NCBI GenBank assembly: GCA_049283795.1
Contig: JBAPWQ010000132.1
Span: 1 to 48,967 of the forward strand
DNA: 48,967 bases
Source: Desulfobacterales bacterium
GTDB taxonomy: Bacteria > Desulfobacterota > Desulfobacteria > Desulfobacterales > SG8-13
Reading direction: 5' to 3'
The notes under the pieces were generated by a model. The model searched no databases. It was not told where the DNA came from and saw only the letters and a list, made by a program, of their open reading frames with translations. Positions 1 to 9,857 of the stretch are shown one piece after another. Numbering within the stretch: the first letter of the stretch is position 1; the number at the start of each line of letters is the position of its first letter. Position numbers and translations under genes: made by a program.

Positions 1-20
1 AGCCCAGCCTGGGCATCGGC

Positions 21-911
21 ATGCTCATCAACCCGACCGACTGGTTCCAGAACGAGGAGATCCAGCTCCTGCAGGTGGCCGCGCTCGGGCAGGCTGAATT
101 CGTCGATCAGCTGCGACGGCAGGTGCAGGCCTCCCCGCTGCGCGCGCTGCTCGTCAACGTCAACGGGTTCCGGGAGCGGTTTCCCTCGGCCCTGCGCAAG
201 ACGGCGTTTCTGGCCCATGTCCTGGACATCGATGCGCCCGTCCTGGTTTTCGACTGGCCGGGCGACCAGGGATCGACCCCGCGCGGATACCGGCGGGCGA
301 AAGCGATCGCCTCGGAGTCCGGGGATGACCTGGCCCGGACCCTGGAGCTGATCATCCGCCAGGTTCGACCGGACCGGTTGTGGCTGGTGGCCAACAGCAT
401 GGGGGGGCAGGTGGTCGTGAAGGCCTTCGGCGCCCTGTACCGCGAGGCGGACCTGGCCGACGCCCAGACCGAGATCGAAAATGTGGTGCTGACGGCGCCG
501 GATGTCGACAAGGAAGAGTTCAACGACCGGTTCAAGCGCGAGATCCTCGCCCTGGCCGGCAATCTCACGGTGTATGTCTCCTCCAACGACCGGGCTCTAT
601 TGATGAGCCGCATCATTAACCGCAGCCGGCGCCTGGGCGAGAGCGTGCTGGACCCGGCAAATCCGGACCAGTCCGAGGCCGCCGTCGGTATTTTCGGGCT
701 GGTCGAGCCCCACAACGGCACCATCACGGTGGTGGATGTGACCCCGGTGAACCGGACCCGCAACTTTCATAATTTCAGCCTGGAAACGCCCGAGTTTTTC
801 GATGACCTGTTTCTGCGGCTGGTCAACACCGACCTGCCCATGAGCCGGCGGGTCTACCCGATCGAGACCCCCGACGGCAGGGTCTACCGGGTGTTGACCC
901 GCGGGCGGTAG
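21..911 (+). CDS. alpha/beta-hydrolase fold protein, DUF900-like (putative esterase/lipase); possibly 5'-truncated by the window edge
   Basis: 296-aa ORF with nucleophile-elbow motif NSMGG preceded by VLVFDWPG, a DUF900-type layout. The frame stays open from nt 3 to the ATG, so the true start may lie upstream of the window. Confidence 0.6.
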   Translation: MLINPTDWFQNEEIQLLQVAALGQAEFVDQLRRQVQASPLRALLVNVNGFRERFPSALRKTAFLAHVLDIDAPVLVFDWPGDQGSTPRGYRRAKAIASESGDDLARTLELIIRQVRPDRLWLVANSMGGQVVVKAFGALYREADLADAQTEIENVVLTAPDVDKEEFNDRFKREILALAGNLTVYVSSNDRALLMSRIINRSRRLGESVLDPANPDQSEAAVGIFGLVEPHNGTITVVDVTPVNRTRNFHNFSLETPEFFDDLFLRLVNTDLPMSRRVYPIETPDGRVYRVLTRGR

Positions 912-998
912 GCGCCCGCACCCGGCCGGGAGGTCGGGCACCTCAGCGGCTCTGTTGAAGATTGCGCCGGGATCGCCGTTTTTGGCATCCTGGCTTTT

Positions 999-3900
999 TT
1001 ACGGCCGATTTTCAGCCCCGGCGGTTGATCCGCGGCGGTGGTCGCGGGCGACGAGCATGTAGATCGAGGGGATGACGAAGAGGGTGAAGAAGGTGCCGAT
1101 GGCCATGCCGCCGACGAGCACCAGGCCGATGGAGTTGCGGGCCTCGGCGCCGGCCCCGGTCACAAGGGTCAGGGGGAAATGGCCGGCGATGGTGGCCGCG
1201 GTGGTCATGATGATCGGGCGCAGCCGGGTCAGGGTGGCCTCGCGCACGGCCTCCAGCTTGGTAAGCCCCTTTTCCTGCAGGGTGTTGGCGAATTCGACGA
1301 TCAGGATGCCGTTTTTGGAGACCAGGCCGACCAGGGTCACCAGGCCGACCTGCGAATAGATGTTCAGGGTCGTGGTCCAGCCGCGGGTCCAGAAGGCCAC
1401 GTTCGGGTCGGGAATCTTCAGGAAGGTGAAGACCAGGGCGCCGAAAAGGGCCAGGGGCACCGAACCGGCCAGGATGACGAAAGGATCGCGGAAGCTGTTG
1501 AACTGGGCCGCCAGGACCAGGAAGATCAGAATGACGGCCAGTGCGAAGGTCGGCAGAAACTGGTTGCCCTCGGTGCGCAGCTGCCGTGACTCGCCGGTGT
1601 AGTCGAGCACGTAGCCCTTGGGCAGGATCTTGGCGGCTTCCTGCTCCAGGAACTTCAGGGCTTCGTCGAGCGGCCGGACCGACACGCCGCTGATCGTCAC
1701 GGCGTTGAGCTGCTGGAAGCGGTTCAGGGAGCGTGCGACGGTCGTGTTGCTAATCGTTGCGATCGTGCTCAGCGGCACGAGCTGGTTATTCGGGCCGGTG
1801 ACGTAGATGTTCTTGAGCTGATCCGGGTTGAGGCGGTCGATGCGCTGAATCTGCGGGATGACCTTGTAGCTGCGGCCGGCGATGTCGAAGCGGTTGACGA
1901 AATTGCCGCCGACCATCGATCCGATGTCGGCGCCGACCTGCTCCAGAGTCAGACCGAGGTCGGCCACCTTGTTGCGGTCGATGACGATCTCGGACTGCGG
2001 CTGGTCGATCTTGACGTCGATCAGGGGCGGAAAGGCGAACAGTCCGCTTTGCACCGCCTTGAGCTGGATCTGTTTCGCAAACTCTAAAATCCGGTCTTCT
2101 TCGGCCGTGGAGGCCAGGATGAATTCGACCGGGAACTGCCCGCCGCCCGGCAGGGCCGGCGGCAGCACGGGAAAGATGCGGATGCCCGGAATGGCCTGAA
2201 ACTTACGCTGCACTTCGGGCTGGATCTGGAAGATGGTGCGCTTGCGCGCCTCCCAGGGCTTGACGACCATGCCGGCGAACCCCGAGGTCGGGCGGGTAAT
2301 CTGAAAGGTGAAGTCGTTTTCCGGAATGCTCTGATAGGCCCGCTCGACCTGCGCCGCGAAAATGCTGGTCTGGTCGAGGGTGGCGTTGGCCGCGGTGTCG
2401 ACGATACCGAAGATGACGCCCTGGTCTTCGGTCGGCGCCAGCTCCTTGGGCGACATGATGAACATCGGTATCGCCAGCAGGCTTACGACGGCCCACACCA
2501 GGTAGACGGCCGGACGGGACGCCAGGGTGACGTCGAGCAGGCGGCCGTAGAAGTTGCGGAACCGCTTGAAGTCGCGGGCGATTTTTGCGGCGAAGCCGTG
2601 ATCCTCGATTCCCGGTTTCAGCAGCCGCGAGGCCATCATGGGCGAGAGGGTCAGCGCCACGATGCCGGAGATGGTAACGGCCCCGGCCAGGGTGAAGGCG
2701 AACTCCCGGAAAAGCGATCCGGTGAGACCGCCCTGCAGGCCGATGGGGGCGTAGACCGCGGCCAGCGTGATGGTCATGGCGATGATGGGTCCGACCAGTT
2801 CGCGCGCGGCCTGAATGGCGGCCTCCATGGACGATTCACCCAGGCTCAGGTGGCGCTGGACATTTTCCACCACCACGATCGCATCGTCGACCACCAGGCC
2901 GACCGACAGCACCACCGCCAGCAGGGTCAGCAGGTTGATGGTAAACCCGAACACCTGCATCAGGAAGGCCGCCCCGATCAGTGACATCGGGATCGCCACC
3001 ACCGGGATAAGCGCCGAGCGGATCGAGCCCAGGAACAGGAAAATGATGACGATCACGATCAAGAGGGTCTCGCTGAGGGTTTTGACCACCTCGTGAATGG
3101 CGTTGGTGATGTAGTCGGTGGCATCGTAGTTGATGCGGGCCTGCATGCCGCTGGGCAGCCCCCTTGCGATCGATGCCAACTCGGTGCGCACCCGGCCGAT
3201 GACATCGACCGAGTTGGCGTTGGGCAGGGCCCAGATGCCCATGAAGACGGCCGTCTGGCCCGAAGAGCGCACCTCCGTGTCGTAGTCCTCGGCGCCCAGC
3301 GCGACGTCGGCGATATCTTCGAGCCGCACGATGGCGCCGTCCTGCTCGCGGACAGCCAGCCGCTTGAATTCGGTCGCCGAGCGCAGGTTGGTGTTGGCGG
3401 TCAGATTGACCTGGACCAGGTTGCCTTTGGTCTGGCCGACGGCGGCCAGAAAGTTGTTGGCGGCCAGCACCTGGCGGACTTGCATCGGACTGATGTGGTA
3501 AGCGGCCATTTTTTCCGGGCTCAGCCAGATGCGCATGGCAAAGGTGCGGGCGCCCAGGATATCGGCGCGCTGCACGCCCTGGAGGGCCGAGAGGCGCGGC
3601 TGCACGACGCGCACGAGGTAGTCGGTGATCTCGTTCTGCTCGAGCCCCTCGGCCGTGAAGCTCAGATAGGCCGAGGCGAACTGGCTGTCGGCCGACTCGA
3701 CGTTGATCGTGGGCACTTCGGCCTCGGGCGGAAGATCGCCCCGGACCTGGTCCACCTTGGAACTGATTTCCGAGAGGGCCTTGATGGGATCGTAGTTGAG
3801 CTTGAGGCGCACGTTGATGGTCGAGAGCCCCTGGGCGCTCTGGGACTGGATGTAGTCGATGCCGTCGGCGGCGGCGATGGCGCGCTCGAGGGGCGTGGTG

Positions 3901-4088
3901 ATGAATCCGCGCACGAGTTCGGCGTTCGCGCCGACGTAAACGGTCGTGACCGTGACCACGGCGTTCTCGCTGCGCGGGTACTGGCGCACGTTCAGCGAGC
4001 GGATCGCCTGCAGCCCGGCGATGACGATGACGAGGCTGACCACCGTCGCGAGGACCGGTCGGCGGATGAAGATGTCGGTGAATTTCAT
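999..4088 (-). CDS. RND family multidrug/efflux transporter permease (AcrB/MdtB-like)
   Basis: 1029 aa. N-terminus MKFTDIFIRRPVLATVVSLVIVIAGL is typical of the AcrB family. Two large periplasmic loops and a 12-TM-type hydrophobic pattern. Lies immediately downstream of an adaptor gene. Confidence 0.9.
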   Translation of the reverse strand: MKFTDIFIRRPVLATVVSLVIVIAGLQAIRSLNVRQYPRSENAVVTVTTVYVGANAELVRGFITTPLERAIAAADGIDYIQSQSAQGLSTINVRLKLNYDPIKALSEISSKVDQVRGDLPPEAEVPTINVESADSQFASAYLSFTAEGLEQNEITDYLVRVVQPRLSALQGVQRADILGARTFAMRIWLSPEKMAAYHISPMQVRQVLAANNFLAAVGQTKGNLVQVNLTANTNLRSATEFKRLAVREQDGAIVRLEDIADVALGAEDYDTEVRSSGQTAVFMGIWALPNANSVDVIGRVRTELASIARGLPSGMQARINYDATDYITNAIHEVVKTLSETLLIVIVIIFLFLGSIRSALIPVVAIPMSLIGAAFLMQVFGFTINLLTLLAVVLSVGLVVDDAIVVVENVQRHLSLGESSMEAAIQAARELVGPIIAMTITLAAVYAPIGLQGGLTGSLFREFAFTLAGAVTISGIVALTLSPMMASRLLKPGIEDHGFAAKIARDFKRFRNFYGRLLDVTLASRPAVYLVWAVVSLLAIPMFIMSPKELAPTEDQGVIFGIVDTAANATLDQTSIFAAQVERAYQSIPENDFTFQITRPTSGFAGMVVKPWEARKRTIFQIQPEVQRKFQAIPGIRIFPVLPPALPGGGQFPVEFILASTAEEDRILEFAKQIQLKAVQSGLFAFPPLIDVKIDQPQSEIVIDRNKVADLGLTLEQVGADIGSMVGGNFVNRFDIAGRSYKVIPQIQRIDRLNPDQLKNIYVTGPNNQLVPLSTIATISNTTVARSLNRFQQLNAVTISGVSVRPLDEALKFLEQEAAKILPKGYVLDYTGESRQLRTEGNQFLPTFALAVILIFLVLAAQFNSFRDPFVILAGSVPLALFGALVFTFLKIPDPNVAFWTRGWTTTLNIYSQVGLVTLVGLVSKNGILIVEFANTLQEKGLTKLEAVREATLTRLRPIIMTTAATIAGHFPLTLVTGAGAEARNSIGLVLVGGMAIGTFFTLFVIPSIYMLVARDHRRGSTAGAENRP

Positions 4089-4108
4089 TCAGGAGACTTT
4101 ATTTCGGG

Positions 4109-5248
4109 TCAACTTTCCTGGGGTTGGGGCATGAGCTTGAACTCCGGGGCCACGGTGTTGTCCGCGACGACCGACTGGCCGTTTCGCAGCTTGAATGCGC
4201 CGGTGGCCACGACCGTCTGGCCCGGTTCGAGTCCGGACAGGACGGCGACGAAATCGCCGCGTTTTTCACCGAGCCGCACGAACTGCTGGCGCACGATCTT
4301 GCCGTCCTGGCCGCTCTTCTGCGCTTCTTTATCCTCTTTATCCTCGACGATAAAAACCGAATCACCGTACGGGGCGTAGAGCACCGCGGTGGCCGGAATG
4401 GCGAGCACTTCCTTCGATACCGGCAGCACGACGGCCACCTTGACGAACATGCCCGGCCGCAGGCGCTCGTCGCGGTTGGCGACGGTGGCCTGCATCTGGA
4501 TGTTGCGCGTTGCCGCATCGACCTGGGGGTTGATGGCTGTGATGGTGCCCTCGATCGGCGGCCCGGGCAGGGCATTGCTGGTCACCCGCACGACCCAGCC
4601 GGGTTTGACCAGTGCGAGCTGCTGTTGCGGCAAGGCGAAATTAGCGTAAATCGGGTCGATCGTCTGAAGTGAAACGATCGCATCACCTTCTTTGAGTATC
4701 TGGCCCACATTGACTTGGCGGATGCCGAGGCGACCGTCGAAAGGCGCGCGGATGATTTTCTTCTTGATGGCGGCCCGCAGGGCGTCGGCCTGGGCCGCGG
4801 CCTGTTTGTACTGGGCCTCGGAGTTGTCGTATTCCGAGCGTGAAATGGTTCTCTGGTCGAGCAGCTTGCGCTTGCGGTCGAGATCGATTTTCGCGAGCGT
4901 CAGGGTCGCCTCGGCCGCCCGCAGTTGGGCCGTTTCGGCCGAGATGTCCTGCTGCAGCAGCAGGTCGCCGGCCTTGACCTTCGAGCCCGATTCAAATTCG
5001 ATGGACTCCACCTTGCCGGGCAGCTCCGCGGACACGGTGACGCCTTGAACCGCGTCGAGCGATCCAACGGCGCTCAAAATGGATTCCCAGGTCTCGCGGC
5101 GCACGACGGCCGTATTGACCGGCTCGGCCGGCGGCGAAAACTGCTTACCCTGTGCGATCATCCGTTTGATCTGCAGGGTTTTGATGCCGCCCAGAATGCC
5201 GACTACCGCCACCAGGGCGAGAAGGGCGAGAAGGATTCGTTTCGTCAT
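4109..5248 (-). CDS. RND efflux periplasmic adaptor subunit (HlyD/MFP family)
   Basis: 379 aa. N-terminal signal/anchor helix, lipoyl-like motif VSAELPGKVESIEFESGSKVKAGDLLLQQD, coiled-coil hairpin segment. 20-nt gap to the RND permease. Confidence 0.85.
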   Translation of the reverse strand: MTKRILLALLALVAVVGILGGIKTLQIKRMIAQGKQFSPPAEPVNTAVVRRETWESILSAVGSLDAVQGVTVSAELPGKVESIEFESGSKVKAGDLLLQQDISAETAQLRAAEATLTLAKIDLDRKRKLLDQRTISRSEYDNSEAQYKQAAAQADALRAAIKKKIIRAPFDGRLGIRQVNVGQILKEGDAIVSLQTIDPIYANFALPQQQLALVKPGWVVRVTSNALPGPPIEGTITAINPQVDAATRNIQMQATVANRDERLRPGMFVKVAVVLPVSKEVLAIPATAVLYAPYGDSVFIVEDKEDKEAQKSGQDGKIVRQQFVRLGEKRGDFVAVLSGLEPGQTVVATGAFKLRNGQSVVADNTVAPEFKLMPQPQES

Positions 5249-5355
5249 ATGCGGTGTGTTCCGGTTGTTGGGCGGTTAATTTGCCAAACGAGGCGGCCTT
5301 CGAAAAGGGGGCCGGCGCGGTGGTTCGATCGCGGGGCCTTGGCACTCGGAACCGT

Positions 5356-5384
5356 ATGGTAAGAACCGTGTCATCGTTGTCAAA
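5356..5384 (-). promoter_or_regulatory. possible sigma-70 promoter of the RND operon (TTGACA-N16-TACCAT), overlapping a direct repeat GAACCGT-N7-GAACCGT
   Basis: The minus strand reads TTGACAacgatgacacggttctTACCAT about 100 nt upstream of the adaptor ATG. Direct repeat gaaccgt at 5349-5355 and 5363-5369. Consensus matching only. Confidence 0.25.
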
Positions 5385-5810
5385 TCACCGGCCGGACCCA
5401 GCCCAACCGATGGCGCTTTTGCCGTTGGCCTTGACGCCGAACAAGGCGTGGTCGGCGGCGGCGAGCAGCCCGGTCAGATCACCGGCGTGCTCGGGGAAGG
5501 TGGCGATGCCGAAGCTGGCCCGCAGGTTGACCGCCAGCCCCTGGCCGCACAGGTACACCGTCTCGTCGATGCGGCGCTGGATAACCCGCGCCGTTTCCTC
5601 CGCCTGTTCTTTGTCACATCCCGGCAGGACCACCACGAACTCGTCGCCCGCATAGGCCACGGCATAGGCCGGGCCTTTCAGCGACTCCCTGATGGTGGCG
5701 GCCACCTCGCGGATGGCCTGGCTGCCGTTAAGGTGCCCGTGGGTGTCCACGACCCGCTTGAAGTAATCGAGATCCATTTGGTGTTGATCTGAATTTTTAA
5801 GCCCAATCAT
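5385..5810 (-). CDS. stand-alone, N-terminally short GGDEF-like domain with degenerate AGDEF active-site motif (start uncertain; ORF is open up to 6044)
   Basis: DLDYFKRVVDTHGH, YAGDEFVVVL and SFGIATFP match GGDEF-domain blocks. There is no sensor domain and no RxxD I-site. The upstream 78 codons of the ORF translate to R/P/G-rich low-complexity sequence that looks non-coding. Confidence 0.55.
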   Translation of the reverse strand: MIGLKNSDQHQMDLDYFKRVVDTHGHLNGSQAIREVAATIRESLKGPAYAVAYAGDEFVVVLPGCDKEQAEETARVIQRRIDETVYLCGQGLAVNLRASFGIATFPEHAGDLTGLLAAADHALFGVKANGKSAIGWAGSGR

Positions 5811-6044
5811 ATACCAGGCCGGGGCGGTTTTCAATCCGGCGGCCTCAAATGGACGCCGGAACACCGGCGACGAAAAAAAGCGGCGGCCCGGACCGGCGCG
5901 AAATACCGTGAAACAGGTGCCGGTGGGTCCTCTGCCCCCCGGATTTTTACCAGAAGGCCGGCCGGCTCGGCGGCAAAGGATCACGCCGACGCTTGTCTTG
6001 TGCGCCGGCCGGTCGCGCGCCAGCGACGGCGGCGGGCTTTTCAT

Positions 6045-6073
6045 TTGACAGCCTCACCGTTGGCTTTTATAGT
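6045..6073 (+). promoter_or_regulatory. sigma-70-type promoter TTGACA-N17-TATAGT upstream of the binding-protein gene
   Basis: Perfect -35 at 6045-6050, 17-nt spacer, -10 TATAGT at 6068-6073, about 120 nt upstream of the ATG at 6193. Confidence 0.5.
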
Positions 6074-6192
6074 AATTGCCGGTTTGCGGGTGATGCTGTT
6101 CGGGGTCGGGGCGCCCTTTTCGCGATAGTATTCAGACCGTTTCAAATCTGTCCAGTCATTTCCGGGCGTTTCAGCACGAGGAGAATCAAGAG

Positions 6193-7023
6193 ATGAAAAA
6201 ACTCAGGTGTGCGATCTTTCTGACGCTGGCGGTGATCGTCTTTGCGGCTTGTTCTCCCCATAACCTGGGAACCTATGTCCTCACCTCGCCGTCACCCGTC
6301 CTCGACCGCATTCAGCAGCGCGGCGAACTCGTGGTGGGGACCGCCGCCGGCATGCCGCCGTTGAACATGACGGCCAGGAACGGAACCATCATCGGCCTGG
6401 ATGCAGACCTGGCGCAGATTCTCGCCGATGCCATGGATGTCGTGCTCAGGCTGGAACCGATGGCCTTCGAAGACCTGCTGCCGTCGCTCGAAGCGGGCAA
6501 AGTGGACCTGGTCATATCCGGGATGACGATGACGGTCTACCGCAACCGCCGGGTGGCCTTCGCCGGGCCCTACCTCATCTCCGGCAAAGGCCTGCTGACG
6601 CGCGAAGCGACCCTGGCTGCCATCGAGGACCCGGGGGCCATCGATCTGGCCAGGATCCGGCTTACCGCCCTTGCGGGCTCCACCAGCGCGGATTTCATCC
6701 GGTCGGCGGCCCCCAAAGCGCAGTTCATGCCGGCCAGGGACTATGACGAGGCGGTTAAAATGGTCATCGACGGCCGCGTGGACGCCATGGTGGCCGATCA
6801 TCCGATATGCCTCGTCAGCCTGGCCCGCTATCCGGGCCAGGGCCTGTTGGCGGTTGTGGCGCCGTTGACCCATGAGCCGATCGGTATTGCCCTGCCGGCC
6901 AATGACGCCCTTTTTATCAATCTGGTGGAAAATTTTCTGACCGCGCTGCACGACAGCGGCACCCTGGAGCGCCTGAAAGAGCAGTGGTTTCAAAAAGGCG
7001 ACTGGTGGGACCAGCTGAAGTAA
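6193..7023 (+). CDS. periplasmic substrate-binding protein, family 3 (polar amino-acid ABC-type), lipoprotein
   Basis: 276 aa. Lipobox-like LAVIVFAAC, then GELVVGT...PPLNM...GLDADLA...VDLVISGMTMT typical of SBP_bac_3. RBS gaggag lies upstream. Confidence 0.8.
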   Translation: MKKLRCAIFLTLAVIVFAACSPHNLGTYVLTSPSPVLDRIQQRGELVVGTAAGMPPLNMTARNGTIIGLDADLAQILADAMDVVLRLEPMAFEDLLPSLEAGKVDLVISGMTMTVYRNRRVAFAGPYLISGKGLLTREATLAAIEDPGAIDLARIRLTALAGSTSADFIRSAAPKAQFMPARDYDEAVKMVIDGRVDAMVADHPICLVSLARYPGQGLLAVVAPLTHEPIGIALPANDALFINLVENFLTALHDSGTLERLKEQWFQKGDWWDQLK

Positions 7024-7045
7024 TCTGCCGGCAGGAGGATGGAAA

Positions 7046-7753
7046 ATGGCACGATCCCGTTTCGGTTTTCTGATGGCTGTGGCGGCCCTGACGACCGTCG
7101 CTTTTTCAACGATAGGCGGCGCACGGGTGATGGCGCAGGCTGATAATCAGCAGGTCCTGGTGGACCAGGCGGTCCTGACCATCGATAACTTTCTGAACGA
7201 TCAGGCCATGACCTACTTGCATAAAAATCTTCGCTATGCCAAGGGCGTGCTGATCATTCCCTCGCTTTTCAAGGCGGCGTTCTGGGTCGGCGGCTCGGGC
7301 GGCCGCGGACTGCTGATGGTGCGCGATCCGCGGACCAACGCCTGGAGCGGGCCGGCTTTTTACTCGATCGGCGGCGGCAGCCTGGGCCTGCAATTCGGGG
7401 GGTCCGTATCCGAGGTGGTGATGATCGTGATGACCCAGAACGGGATCGAATCGTTATTCGCCACGACGTTTAAATTTGGCGGCGGGGCATCGGTTGCGGC
7501 CGGACCGGTGGGTATCGGCGCCGAAGGGGCCACCGCGCCGGATTTGAGTGCGGATTTTCTCTCGTTTGCCCGTTCCAAGGGGGCCTTTATCGGGGCATCG
7601 CTGGATGGGGCCCTGATGGCGGTCGCCGATGATTATAATCACGCCTTTTACGGGCAGCCGGTGGCGCCGGTCGATATTTTTGAAAAAAAGGAATTTCACA
7701 ATCCCGGAGCGGACAAGTTGCGGGCGCGGCTGGCCGATGCGTCGAGAAGATAG
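7046..7753 (+). CDS. secreted SYLF (Ysc84/DUF500) domain protein
   Basis: 235 aa. Signal peptide, then AKGVLIIPSLFKAAFWVGGSGGRGLLMVRD...WSGPAFYSIGGGSLGLQFGG, characteristic of the SYLF lipid-binding domain. Paralog at 34901-35599. Confidence 0.8.
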   Translation: MARSRFGFLMAVAALTTVAFSTIGGARVMAQADNQQVLVDQAVLTIDNFLNDQAMTYLHKNLRYAKGVLIIPSLFKAAFWVGGSGGRGLLMVRDPRTNAWSGPAFYSIGGGSLGLQFGGSVSEVVMIVMTQNGIESLFATTFKFGGGASVAAGPVGIGAEGATAPDLSADFLSFARSKGAFIGASLDGALMAVADDYNHAFYGQPVAPVDIFEKKEFHNPGADKLRARLADASRR

Positions 7754-7825
7754 TTATAGCCTTTTTCCGATTTCGCACGGAAAGGAAACGCTATTGGCGA
7801 CAGGCGGAAGGGAGGCGCTTTTCCG

Positions 7826-8326
7826 ATGCACGTCACACGCGCGAAAGTTGGTGGGATCTTGAGGGTCTGGCTGCTGGCCGCTGCCGCGGCGGTGACGATG
7901 ATTCAGGCCGCGGCGGCCGACGAGTTGTCCCGGGGCCAGAAGGTCTACGTGCCGATCTACTCGCATGTCTACGGCGGCGACCGGGAGAGCCCGTTTCTGC
8001 TGACGGCGATCCTGAGCGTGCGCAACACCGATCCCGCCTCCGCCATCACCTTGACGGCCGTCGACTATTTCGATTCCGACGGCAAGCTCCTGCGCCGGTA
8101 CCTGGAAAAACCGGCCGAGATCGGCGCGCTGGCCTCGGAGCGGTACGTCGTCCAGGAGTCCGACAAAAGCGGCGGTTCGGGCGCCAAGTTCATCGTCGAA
8201 TGGCGGTCAGCGGTCCCGGTCAACCCGCCCATCCTGGAAGGGGTGATGATCGGCACCCGGATGCAGCAGGGGATTTCCTTTGTGTCGCGCGGACAGGTGA
8301 TACACGAAACCGGCGCCCGGCCTTGA
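7826..8326 (+). CDS. DUF3124 domain protein (secreted)
   Basis: 166 aa. Signal peptide, then KVYVPIYSHVY...LTAILSVRNTD...FIVEW, typical of DUF3124. Confidence 0.65.
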   Translation: MHVTRAKVGGILRVWLLAAAAAVTMIQAAAADELSRGQKVYVPIYSHVYGGDRESPFLLTAILSVRNTDPASAITLTAVDYFDSDGKLLRRYLEKPAEIGALASERYVVQESDKSGGSGAKFIVEWRSAVPVNPPILEGVMIGTRMQQGISFVSRGQVIHETGARP

Positions 8327-8363
8327 CCGGGCGGGGCGCTCGAACATCGACCCGGTTTGCCGG

Positions 8364-9857
8364 TCAGCCGCGCCGCATGTCGCCGGTTTCCCCGAACCGC
8401 TGGTGCATGAAAAAGGCTTCTCCCAAAAGGTGCGGTTCGTGCCCGCCGGTTTCCCGCACGGCCCGCTGGTAGTATTCCCAGAGCGCATCGCGGTAATCGG
8501 GGTGGGCGCATTTCTTGATGATCTGCTCGGCCACCTGACGCGGCGTCAGCGGGCGGGTGTCGACCAGCCCGTGTTCGGTGACGACCACGTCCACCGAATG
8601 CTCCGAATGGTCGACATGGGTCACCATCGGAACGATAGCGGAGATGCGGCCGTTCTTGGCGGTGCTGGGGGTGACGATGAAGGAAATCGCGCCGTTGCGG
8701 ATGAAGTCCCCGGAGCCGCCGATGCCGTTCATCAGCTGCGAGCCGGACACGTGGGTCGAGTTGACCTGGCCGTAGATGTCGACCTCGATGGCCGTGTTGA
8801 TCGCTATCACGCCCAGCCGGCGGATGACCTCCGGTGAGTTCGAGATCTCGACCGGCCGCAGGACGATTTTGTCCCGGTAGCGGAATAGTTCGTTGAAAAA
8901 CCGCTTGCGTGCTTTGGTCGAAAGCGTCAGGGCCGATCCCGATGCCGCCCGCACCTTGCCGATATCGATCAGATCGAGCACGCTGTCCTGCAGCACCTCC
9001 GAGTAGAGTTCCAGGTCCTTGAAGAAGCCGTTCTCCATGAAACCGGTCAGGACCGCGTTGGCCACATCGCCGACGCCCGATTGCCAGGGCAGGCCCGGCG
9101 GCAGGCGGTCCATCCTGATTTCGTGGCGCACGAAATCGAGCAGGAGTTCGGCGATGCGGCCCGAAATCCCGTCGGGGTCGTTGAACACGGCGGCGCTGTC
9201 CTGCTCGGAACTCATGACAATCGCCACCACGCGCGCCGGGTCCATCTCGATATACGGCTTGCCGATGCGGTCGGCGGCGCGGTAGATGGGGATCGGCATG
9301 CGGTAGGGCGGGTCTTCGGGAATGAAGATATCGTGCAGGCCCTCCAATTCCGGCGGCTCGGACGCGATTTCGATGATGATCTTTTTGGCTTTCTTCACAT
9401 AGGTCGGGGTGTTGCCGACCGACATGGTCGGGATGAGGTTGCCCTTGGCGGTGATGGCCAGGGCTTCGACCACGGTGACATCGACGGTGCCCCAGTCCCC
9501 GGCCCGCACCAAGGCCGAGAGCCGTGACAGGTGGTCGTCCTTGAAATTGATCAGGCCGTCGTTGATTTTCGCGCGCATGGCCCGGTTGCTCATGTACGGC
9601 CGCCGCCAGGCCACCACCCCGGCCTGCGCCAGGACGCCGTCCACCGCATCGCCGGTCGAGGCTCCGGCAAAAAGGTTGACCTTGAACTTTTCGCCGCCGG
9701 CCGCGCGTTTGACCAGTTCCTGCGGAATCAGCTTGGGATAGCCGGCGGTGAAGCCGGAAATAAACAGGTTGGTGCCGTCCTGAATGTGCTTGGCCGCCGT
9801 CGCGGCATCGGTGATTTTGTCATGCAGCGCGCGGTAGCGGACACGGTCATCGACCAT
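8364..9857 (-). CDS. acetyl-CoA hydrolase/transferase family protein (succinyl-CoA:acetate CoA-transferase-like)
   Basis: 498 aa from the ATG at 9857, with RBS GGAGAC upstream. Motifs ISGFTAGYPK and NGIGGSGDF are typical of this family. The ORF-track N-terminal extension to 10106 looks non-coding. Confidence 0.8.
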   Translation of the reverse strand: MVDDRVRYRALHDKITDAATAAKHIQDGTNLFISGFTAGYPKLIPQELVKRAAGGEKFKVNLFAGASTGDAVDGVLAQAGVVAWRRPYMSNRAMRAKINDGLINFKDDHLSRLSALVRAGDWGTVDVTVVEALAITAKGNLIPTMSVGNTPTYVKKAKKIIIEIASEPPELEGLHDIFIPEDPPYRMPIPIYRAADRIGKPYIEMDPARVVAIVMSSEQDSAAVFNDPDGISGRIAELLLDFVRHEIRMDRLPPGLPWQSGVGDVANAVLTGFMENGFFKDLELYSEVLQDSVLDLIDIGKVRAASGSALTLSTKARKRFFNELFRYRDKIVLRPVEISNSPEVIRRLGVIAINTAIEVDIYGQVNSTHVSGSQLMNGIGGSGDFIRNGAISFIVTPSTAKNGRISAIVPMVTHVDHSEHSVDVVVTEHGLVDTRPLTPRQVAEQIIKKCAHPDYRDALWEYYQRAVRETGGHEPHLLGEAFFMHQRFGETGDMRRG

